From Bacteroidaceae bacterium (GTDB lineage: Bacteria > Bacteroidota > Bacteroidia > Bacteroidales > Bacteroidaceae), in contig JAQWAN010000001.1 in NCBI GenBank assembly GCA_028707655.1, positions 1 to 26,286 on the forward strand: 26,286 nucleotides of DNA, written 5' to 3'. This document shows positions 19,346 through 26,194 of this stretch, one piece after another; within the stretch, counting starts at the first letter, position 1, and each line of letters begins with the position of its first letter. The notes under the pieces are model-generated. The model was not told where the DNA came from, did no database searches, and saw nothing but the letters and a program-made list of their open reading frames with translations. The position numbers were made by a program, and so were the translations under genes.

Positions 19346-20446
19346 TTATTTAAACTGTAGGCAGACCGGTTTTCCTAGTTTTATAGATGTAGGAAGCAGG
19401 GTTAGTTCTCCTGTTTTTTTATTACGACGATAAATCTCTATTGCATTCTCGTCGCGACAAGCCACCAATAGTAATTCCCCGTTGGGCGTAATCGTAAAAT
19501 TGCGTGGATGTTTACCAGTAGGTTGATACCCTGTTTTTTCTAATGTTCCGTCTTTTTTAATTTTAAAGATAGAAAGTCCATCCGCTTGCAAGCGATGACT
19601 CGTATAGAGAAACTTGTTATCTGGGCTACAATGTATATCTCCACTTCCTCTGGCACCTACGCTATCCGCAACGAGCGTTTGCATCAGTTGTAGACTACCG
19701 TTTTTGTAGCGAAAAGTCATTACCTCTCCCGATAACTCACTGATTAGGTAAACCCGTTTTCCCGAGGTAGAGAAAATCAGATGTCTTGGTCCGGTACCTG
19801 CTGGCAATTGCGTGGTTTGTAGTGATTCTTTTTCCAGCTGCACCCTGTTTCCCTCTCGCTTCACCTGATAGCTATAGATGCAATCGCCTCCAAGGTCGGT
19901 AGCCAATAAGAAATCCTGTTGTGGCGAAAAGATGGCGCAATGTAGATGCGATGAAGCTTGTCGGATACTATCGGCTCCTGTTTTGGTAAAGGAGAGTGTG
20001 TTTGTAGCAGGTAAGATAGAGCCATCTTCCTTTAGAGGGAAGGTACTAATACTCCCACTGCTGTAATTAGCTGTTACAGCTAATCCCTCGATAGCCCGCA
20101 CATTACATGGATGGTCGCCAGCAATCGGTTGCGTATTAATGCGGTGTAGTTTGCCTGTTGCTGCCTCTAGTTGGTAGGCCGAGAGTTTAGCCGTTTCTCT
20201 TGTCATTTCGCTAACCGCATAGATATTTTCTCTTTTTGCTCCAAAAGTGAGAAAGGAGGGATTCTCAAGTGTTGCACTGTCTAATGCTGTAGCTTCTCCT
20301 GTTTCTTGATTAAACCGATAGGTGTAAATTCCATTACTAGTGCTTTGATCGGTGTAGGTTCCCACCACTAGGGTTAGTTCCTCCTTTTGTTTACAAGAAA
20401 CGGTGAGTAACGCTAGAAGTGATAACATGGTTGTAATTTTTTTCAT
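19346..20446 (-). CDS. Lactonase family beta-propeller lipoprotein (6-phosphogluconolactonase/YbhE-like)
   Basis: Lipobox LTVSC. Motifs VGTYT, NPSFL, ANYSSG, HLHCA, DLGGD, GTGPRH and GKHPRNF. Confidence 0.9.
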   Translation of the reverse strand: MKKITTMLSLLALLTVSCKQKEELTLVVGTYTDQSTSNGIYTYRFNQETGEATALDSATLENPSFLTFGAKRENIYAVSEMTRETAKLSAYQLEAATGKLHRINTQPIAGDHPCNVRAIEGLAVTANYSSGSISTFPLKEDGSILPATNTLSFTKTGADSIRQASSHLHCAIFSPQQDFLLATDLGGDCIYSYQVKREGNRVQLEKESLQTTQLPAGTGPRHLIFSTSGKRVYLISELSGEVMTFRYKNGSLQLMQTLVADSVGARGSGDIHCSPDNKFLYTSHRLQADGLSIFKIKKDGTLEKTGYQPTGKHPRNFTITPNGELLLVACRDENAIEIYRRNKKTGELTLLPTSIKLGKPVCLQFK

Positions 20447-20485
20447 CTGTAAGTTATTTGGTAGATGTAGTTAATAGTAAGTCAA

Positions 20486-20493
20486 CAAAAATA
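20486..20493 (-). promoter_or_regulatory. Putative -7 box of the lactonase promoter
   Basis: Minus-strand TATTTTTG about 40 nt upstream of the ATG. Confidence 0.5.
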
Positions 20494-20745
20494 GAAATAA
20501 TCTTGTAGAAAATTCTTGTTTGGCGCGAATTCCTTATTTTTTCTCCTATTCCCGGATACCATTCTTACTGTATAAGCACTACCTAATTGCTCTACTTACC
20601 GCTTAAATAGTACTGTTTTCTGTTTTTTTAAATTTAAAGAACGATTCCTTATTATTGGATAAAAAAAAGATGTATCTTTCGGGGAGGTGGTGTTTACTCC
20701 TCCTAGATGAATCTAGCATTACTAACCATAAAATGAGATACCTAG

Positions 20746-21603
20746 ATGAAGATAGCAATTAGTGGAGCGACAGGCTTTGTAGGGAAAAGTTTATCAACTT
20801 ATCTGCAGAAAAAAGGAGAACAGGTGATTCCGTTGGAACGTGGTCTTTTTGCGAAAAAAGAGATAAAGCAGATTGCCGAACGGATAAAATCTTGTGCGGT
20901 GATTATCAATTTATCGGGAGCTCCTATTCAAAAACGGTGGAGCGAGAGCTATAAAGCCGAATTGAGAAGAAGTAGAGTAGAGGTCACTCGCAAATTAGTA
21001 CAGGCCATCCGCCTATTGCCCGTTAAACCGAAACTTTTTATTTCCACTTCTGCCATAGGCTATTACTCCTCGGTAGGTTGTCACGATGCGTATAAAAACG
21101 CCCGTGGTGCTGGTTTTCTCTCCTCCTTGTGTGTCAATTGGGAGCGAGAAGCAATGCAGACCCCCTCCGAAACCCGTGTGGTGATTAATCGTTTTGGGTT
21201 AGTTTTAGACCCTTCAGGAGGCGCCTTAGCCCAGATGTCGCAAACCTTTCCCTTCGGCTTTGGTCTTACCATTGGTCGGGGTGATCAAGCTTTCTCTTGG
21301 ATCTCATTAGACGATTTGGTCCGTGCCCTCTATTTTGAAATCCAAACCCCTACGCTCTCCGGCATTTTCAATCTCGTAGCTCCGGAGACAATCTGTCAAC
21401 GTACGTTTATGCAGCAACTCGCTAAAAAACATAAACGGTTTCTGCTCTTGCCTGTTCCAAAGGTGCTCATTCGCTTGTTGATGGGTCAAGTGGGGCAGGT
21501 CTATTGTACCGGTCAGTGTGTGCGACCTACACGTTTATTAGAGAGTGGTTTTTCTTTTCGTCATACCACAACCGCTGCTTTTCTTGCCTCTTATACATTA
21601 TAA
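20746..21603 (+). CDS. TIGR01777 family NAD-dependent epimerase/oxidoreductase (YfcH-like)
   Basis: Rossmann motif ISGATGFVG, INLSGAPI..RWS, STSAIGYY, LCVNWE and FSWISLDD. Confidence 0.9.
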   Translation: MKIAISGATGFVGKSLSTYLQKKGEQVIPLERGLFAKKEIKQIAERIKSCAVIINLSGAPIQKRWSESYKAELRRSRVEVTRKLVQAIRLLPVKPKLFISTSAIGYYSSVGCHDAYKNARGAGFLSSLCVNWEREAMQTPSETRVVINRFGLVLDPSGGALAQMSQTFPFGFGLTIGRGDQAFSWISLDDLVRALYFEIQTPTLSGIFNLVAPETICQRTFMQQLAKKHKRFLLLPVPKVLIRLLMGQVGQVYCTGQCVRPTRLLESGFSFRHTTTAAFLASYTL

Positions 21604-21610
21604 AAAATAG

Positions 21611-22141
21611 ATGCTTATGAAATCCTCCTTATTACTACTTTCTTGTCTTCTTTTGGGATGTGGATCTGCTTCGCAGGTGTCCACCCATACCGTTAAAACA
21701 GTAGATTTGCCTCGCTATATGGGCAAATGGTATGAGATTGCTCGCTTTGACCACTCCTTTGAACGTCATATGCGCGAGGTAACGGCCGAATACACCCTGT
21801 TGCCCACCGGTAAAATACGCGTTGTCAATAGTGGCTATAATGTAAAAAAAGGTCGTTATACAAAAGCAATAGGAAAGGCCAAACAACCCAATGCCGAAGA
21901 GCCAGGCAGATTGAAAGTCTCTTTTTTCTTGTGGTTTTATGGTAGTTACAATATCTTAGAACTCGATGAAGAGGGATATAACTATGCGTTGATAGGTGGT
22001 GACAATGATAAATATTTATGGCTATTAAGTCGCACACCCCAACTCTCGGACCAGGTAAAGCAGCATCTCTTAGACAAAGCAACGGCTAGAGGATATGCTA
22101 TTAAAAAACTTATTTGGGTAGAACAAAAGAAGCAGCCATAA
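21611..22141 (+). CDS. blc: Bacterial lipocalin (Blc-like lipoprotein)
   Basis: Lipobox LLGC, VDLPRYMGKWYEIARF, LKVSFF and YLWLLSRTP. Confidence 0.88.
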   Translation: MLMKSSLLLLSCLLLGCGSASQVSTHTVKTVDLPRYMGKWYEIARFDHSFERHMREVTAEYTLLPTGKIRVVNSGYNVKKGRYTKAIGKAKQPNAEEPGRLKVSFFLWFYGSYNILELDEEGYNYALIGGDNDKYLWLLSRTPQLSDQVKQHLLDKATARGYAIKKLIWVEQKKQP

Positions 22142-22179
22142 AAAACGAGTGTTAGGGTGATTTATTGGTGTAAAATGTC

Positions 22180-22187
22180 TAGTTTTG
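22180..22187 (+). promoter_or_regulatory. Putative -7 box of the uracil permease promoter
   Basis: TAGTTTTG 40 nt upstream of the ATG. Confidence 0.5.
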
Positions 22188-22227
22188 TATTCCAATAATC
22201 AACGAACAATCTACTTTTAATTAACGT

Positions 22228-23415
22228 ATGAATTCTACCCTACGCTCCTCTGTTCGCAAAACCATTATTGGCGTTCAGTTTCTATTTGTAGCTTTTGGAG
22301 CTACCGTTCTTGTACCCCTTCTAGTTGGGCTTGACCCATCAATAGCCCTTTTTACAGCCGGAGTAGGTACACTGCTTTTTCATTTGGTAACCAAAGGTAA
22401 AGTGCCTATCTTTTTAGGTAGTAGTTTTGCCTTTATCGCGCCCATCATCGAAGCCACTAAACATTTTGGACTCCCTGGCACTCTTTTTGGTTTGTTAGGA
22501 GTCTCTTTGGTCTATTTTTTGATGAGTGCCCTCATCAAATGGCAGGCAGTAGCATTTATTCAGCGTCTTTTTCCCCCCGTTGTGATTGGTCCTGTTATTA
22601 TCCTTATTGGGTTAACCCTTGCTTCTTCTGGTGTAAATATGGCAAAGGAGAATTGGCCATTAGCACTGATCGCTTTATTTACTGCTGTAATAATCACCAT
22701 TTATGCTAAAGGATTACTTAAACTGGTTCCTGTTTTTGCCGGTATTGTAGTGGCTTATATCACGGCCTACTTTATGGGCGTACTCGATTTTACTGAGATA
22801 CACCAAGCCGCATGGTTCTCTTTACCCCATTTTGTTACCCCATCTGTATCTTGGAAAGCAGTTCTTTATATGATGCCCGTTGCCATTGCTCCAGTGATAG
22901 AGCATGTTGGTGATATCTATGTGGTGAATACCGTAGCCCAAAAAGATTTTGTTAAAGATCCAGGATTGCATCGAACCATGTTAGGCGATGGCTTAGCTTG
23001 TTTGGTATCTGCCTTTTTAGGAGGACCTCCCGTAACCACCTATAGCGAGGTGACAGGCGCTATGGCACTCACAAAGATGACCAATCCGGAGGTTATTCGT
23101 ATTGCCGCAGTAGCTGGTATCCTATTTTCTGTAATCGGAAAGGTCAGTGCTTTTTTAAGGTCTATCCCCTCCAGTATACTCGGAGGTATCATGTTGCTCC
23201 TTTTTGGCACCATTGCCTGTGCCGGTATCACCAACTTAGTAAAGAACCAAGTCGATTTTCAAGATACCCGTAACACCGTTATTGCCTCCCTCATCCTTAC
23301 CATAGGTATTGGTGGTGCACAGTTTAGTGTTGGCGGATTCTCAATGGCTGGCATCGGTTTAGCCTCACTTATAGGGGTGTTCTTAAACCTGATTATTCCT
23401 CCTACTAAGAAATAG
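22228..23415 (+). CDS. uraA: Uracil-xanthine permease (NCS2/NAT family, UraA-like)
   Basis: QFLFVAFGATVLVP, FLGSSFAF, EHVGD and the NAT signature PVTTYSEVTGAMALT. Confidence 0.9.
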   Translation: MNSTLRSSVRKTIIGVQFLFVAFGATVLVPLLVGLDPSIALFTAGVGTLLFHLVTKGKVPIFLGSSFAFIAPIIEATKHFGLPGTLFGLLGVSLVYFLMSALIKWQAVAFIQRLFPPVVIGPVIILIGLTLASSGVNMAKENWPLALIALFTAVIITIYAKGLLKLVPVFAGIVVAYITAYFMGVLDFTEIHQAAWFSLPHFVTPSVSWKAVLYMMPVAIAPVIEHVGDIYVVNTVAQKDFVKDPGLHRTMLGDGLACLVSAFLGGPPVTTYSEVTGAMALTKMTNPEVIRIAAVAGILFSVIGKVSAFLRSIPSSILGGIMLLLFGTIACAGITNLVKNQVDFQDTRNTVIASLILTIGIGGAQFSVGGFSMAGIGLASLIGVFLNLIIPPTKK

Positions 23416-23568
23416 TTTCTCTTTTCTTTTTATCTACTATTTATCTTTTCTCAAAAGTAAAATATATATTTATACAATAAAATGAATATGTTATTCAAAA
23501 AATAAATGGTAGTATTTTGATCAAAACATAGATGGTTTTGCTCCCAATAAACAGGTATATTTGTAACA

Positions 23569-23606
23569 AAACGGTGCTGTATTTTGTATAAAATACAGCA
23601 CCGTTT
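23569..23606. repeat. Perfect 17-bp inverted repeat (hairpin)
   Basis: AAACGGTGCTGTATTTT (23569-23585), loop GTAT, AAAATACAGCACCGTTT (23590-23606). Confidence 0.9.
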
Positions 23607-23762
23607 GAATGGAAAACTATCTCTATTTTGAAAAATCGAAAAAAGTGGTTAAAAAAGAGGTAAATATAGGTGTGTTTCTTGGCATTTTAACTTTTGCAGA
23701 AAAACGAAAATTGAATAAGGAGAGAGAACTATTTGCATGCTTATGCAGATGAGCTTACTTTT

Positions 23763-24171
23763 TTAGATAAAGAGCTTAAATACCGCTTACAATTCATTAA
23801 ATCTCCCAGCAAGATTAACTATAAATAACAGTAAAGGTTACGCACAAAATCACTACCTTTATAGTGCAGATGGAGCAAAACTACAAGTTAATAAAGTTTG
23901 GAGTAGTGCCATGAGAGAACAAACAGACTATGTAGGCAATATGATTTACGAAAACAATGCTTTGAAACGCATCCTTGTTGATGGTGGTTATATAGAAGAT
24001 GGAGCGTATTACTTCTATGAGACTTTTACGACTGCCACTCAAAGTTTAAAAAATGTAAGTGTAACAGTCTCCCGTAGTTTAGCTGCTCCTGTAAATGCAA
24101 CTCGTTTGCCTGCTTTTAACTTTTTTCTCAACGGAACAAGACGCAGTTTTTTCAATTCTTTTAATAAATAG
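23763..24171 (+). pseudogene. Rhs/YD-repeat toxin gene remnant: Rhs core fragment joined in frame to a 50-aa foreign C-terminal tail
   Basis: The frame from 23767 reads AYNSLNLPARL..YLYSADGAKL..TDYVGNMIYENNALKRILVDGGYI..YYFY, typical Bacteroidota Rhs core. It has no start, there is an upstream in-frame stop (23764) and frameshifted LDK, and the expected DH.G and DPxG motifs are missing. Confidence 0.8.
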
Positions 24172-24179
24172 TAATGATT

Positions 24180-24710
24180 ATGAAAAAAAAGTTGTTATTT
24201 GCAGCAATAATTGGTCTAGTCCTCCATTTCAATATGTTTGCCCAAAAAGGATATGCTGAAAAAATAAATCAGTTGAATGAAAAAGGGCAAAAGGTGGGTT
24301 TGTGGAAAGAAAATAGAAATAAGTATGAACGGACTGAAATATATTACCACAATGGAAAGAAAAATGGTTTGTATAGAGTGTTAAATATTACAAATGGTGA
24401 ACTTTATTTTTTTGGTGAATATAAAAACGATACGATTATTGGTACTTGTTATTTTTTCGGAGATTTTGGGCATTTATCAATGATTCAGAAAGATTTTAAG
24501 AAAAATAACAAGAGAATTCCTATTAAAGGAGTACAGGGTATTCTGCCATATCAATGTTATTGTATCACTTACCATCCAAATGGTATAAAAGAATCAGAGG
24601 GAATTTTGTTATGGAGCGAAGACTCCGACGGTGAATTTACTTTTGAATATGGCGAATGGAAATATTACACTGACACAGGAGTGTTGACAAAAACAAAAAT
24701 ATTCAAATAA
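24180..24710 (+). CDS. Exported MORN-variant/YwqK-like repeat protein, putative immunity protein (alternative start 24174)
   Basis: Signal peptide, INQLNEKGQKVGLW, YHNGKKNG, YHPNGIKESEG and GEWKYYTDTG repeats. It starts within 10 nt of the Rhs-remnant stop. Confidence 0.7.
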   Translation: MKKKLLFAAIIGLVLHFNMFAQKGYAEKINQLNEKGQKVGLWKENRNKYERTEIYYHNGKKNGLYRVLNITNGELYFFGEYKNDTIIGTCYFFGDFGHLSMIQKDFKKNNKRIPIKGVQGILPYQCYCITYHPNGIKESEGILLWSEDSDGEFTFEYGEWKYYTDTGVLTKTKIFK

Positions 24711-24714
24711 CCTA

Positions 24715-24752
24715 AACAGCCCCGTACAGAAAACTGTCGGGACTGTTCTTTT
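24715..24752 (+). terminator. Hairpin/terminator after the immunity-like gene
   Basis: Imperfect stem AACAGCCCCG-t-ACAG / CTGTCGGGACTGTT with loop AAAA, followed by CTTTT. Confidence 0.6.
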
Positions 24753-24785
24753 GTATTCCCCCGAGCAAGTACCCCTTTTCTTTCC

Positions 24786-24827
24786 AAAAAAAATCTCTAT
24801 AGCCAATTTTTAGAGTTATAGAGATTT
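24786..24827 (-). terminator. Intrinsic terminator of the integrase gene
   Basis: Stem AAATCTCTATA / TATAGAGATTT. On the minus strand it is followed by a run of 8 T, about 85 nt after the integrase stop. Confidence 0.7.
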
Positions 24828-24912
24828 CTATTTTCCATTGTGTAAAGTTATACTTTTTACACTTAACTCAATGTCCGGCTAAAGTTAGCTATTCCAAAGG
24901 AAAAATATAGTT

Positions 24913-25974
24913 TTACAAATTATCCAACGGACTTTTAATTTGAGATTTAGAAATATCGGTAATGTGGGTATAAACTTGGGTGGTTTTTATAGAATTATGA
25001 CCTAATAATTCTTTGATAAAACGAATGTCTGCACCACTTTCAATGAGGTGGGTGGCATAACTATGGCGTAAACTATGAATACCGATAGTTTTATTGATTT
25101 TTGCCTTTTTCATTGCGTTTTTGAATACAGCCTGAGCACTTCTAACAGAATACTGTCCGCCGTATTGTCCCTCAAAAAGCCACTCTTTGGGTTGGTAAAG
25201 TTTGTAATACGCTCGCATAGGCTCTAAAACAGATATTGGCAAATTTACATATCGGTCTTTTTTGCCTTTCGCTCCTCTGATAAGAACTCGCATATTATCG
25301 CTATCAATATCTTCTATTCGGATATTTACAATTTCGCTGACACGAAGCCCCATTCCATAGCATAATTGTAAAACCAAAAGATGTTTGGGGTTGGTAGTTG
25401 CTTTTAGCAATTTTCTTACTTCACTCTTGCTTAATACTTTAGGAAGCAAGAGTGCTTTTTTAGGACGAGGAATATCAAAAAACATTTTAGGCTGATGTAG
25501 CACTTGTTCAAAATAGAATTTTATAGCATTTATTTTGGAATTCATTGTGGCTTCTTTGGCTTTGTGTTGTTCAAGACAATACAGAAAATAATCTTTGAGT
25601 CTTTCAGGTGTTAGCGTATCAACAGGTATGTTTTTTAGTAATTTCAATAATTGCTCAAACTCGTTTACATAAAGCCTTATGGTATTTTTGCTATACGCTT
25701 TTAGGTTGAGTGTACTAATATAATTTTGTAGTGCAATTTGGTTTTGTGGACAAATGGCACTGGTGATTTTCTCCTTTTTGGGTGGAAGATGTAATGCTTT
25801 TCTGACAGCAGGTAAATCAGGTAAATACCACGCTTTATGAGTTTGACTCCATTTTGCAGAAGGAAAATGATTTTTTAGGGCATTTTTCAAGGCGACAGTG
25901 TAATAAAAACGTATCCAAATGACTTCTTTTTCGTAATATTCCCCAAATGAGAACTGATATAATGATAAATCCAT
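24913..25974 (-). CDS. Tyrosine recombinase, integron-integrase-like but lacking the IntI-specific insertion, with an extra N-terminal domain
   Basis: Intact catalytic set GLRVSE (R), AKGKKDR (K), HSLRHS (HxxR), LLGH (H) and TQVYTH (Y). It has IntI-like LPKVLS and terminal SPLDNL motifs, and a SAM-like N-domain (YSKNTIRLY). Confidence 0.92.
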   Translation of the reverse strand: MDLSLYQFSFGEYYEKEVIWIRFYYTVALKNALKNHFPSAKWSQTHKAWYLPDLPAVRKALHLPPKKEKITSAICPQNQIALQNYISTLNLKAYSKNTIRLYVNEFEQLLKLLKNIPVDTLTPERLKDYFLYCLEQHKAKEATMNSKINAIKFYFEQVLHQPKMFFDIPRPKKALLLPKVLSKSEVRKLLKATTNPKHLLVLQLCYGMGLRVSEIVNIRIEDIDSDNMRVLIRGAKGKKDRYVNLPISVLEPMRAYYKLYQPKEWLFEGQYGGQYSVRSAQAVFKNAMKKAKINKTIGIHSLRHSYATHLIESGADIRFIKELLGHNSIKTTQVYTHITDISKSQIKSPLDNL

Positions 25975-26126
25975 AAATTGCGTATTTTGTGTTATCTAAT
26001 TTACACAAAGGTGATATAATAACATATAATACGCAAGTGATTAATACAAAATGCGTAAGTAATATTTTTAAGCAACACGCTATTATATATACTTTTATCG
26101 CCTTATATATATTCTTTGAGGTAGAT

Positions 26127-26158
26127 TTTGATAATTTCAAAAAACTTGCGTATATTTG
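26127..26158 (+). promoter_or_regulatory. Consensus Bacteroidota promoter driving the downstream gene(s) (Pc-like)
   Basis: TTTG (26127-26130), 20-nt spacer, TATATTTG (26151-26158). Confidence 0.8.
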
Positions 26159-26168
26159 TGTGTTGTAC
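26150..26168 (+). other. Putative attI-like recombination site
   Basis: GTTGTAC (26162-26168), a relaxed GTTRRRY core, preceded by a 5-bp spacer and a degenerate inverted box GTATATT. It lies between the divergent integrase and aadS. The assignment is inferred from position. Confidence 0.45.
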
Positions 26169-26194
26169 GACATAGTAAAACCGAACCAAACAAA

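Noticed and set aside
260-22082. Many short overlapping ORFs in the track (e.g. 260-661, 1914-2273, 3015-3578, 11765-12073, 12558-12884, 16747-17010, 21825-22082)
   Set aside because: They lie inside well-supported genes on another frame or strand and have no recognisable motifs.
24180-24191. A8 tract at the start of the immunity-like gene (similar tracts occur in other signal peptides) as a phase-variation switch
   Set aside because: MKKK starts naturally produce short A-runs in AT-rich genomes, and there is no evidence of slippage.
24609-24806. 65-aa minus-strand ORF
   Set aside because: It overlaps the immunity-like gene and two terminator hairpins, so it is likely spurious.
24840-24892. 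Short inverted repeats downstream of the integrase (GTGTAAA-N9-TTTACAC; GCTAA-AG-TTAGC) as possible dif or attC sites
   Set aside because: The arms are too short, with no match to the XerC/XerD arm consensus or to attC box spacing. They could arise by chance in AT-rich DNA.
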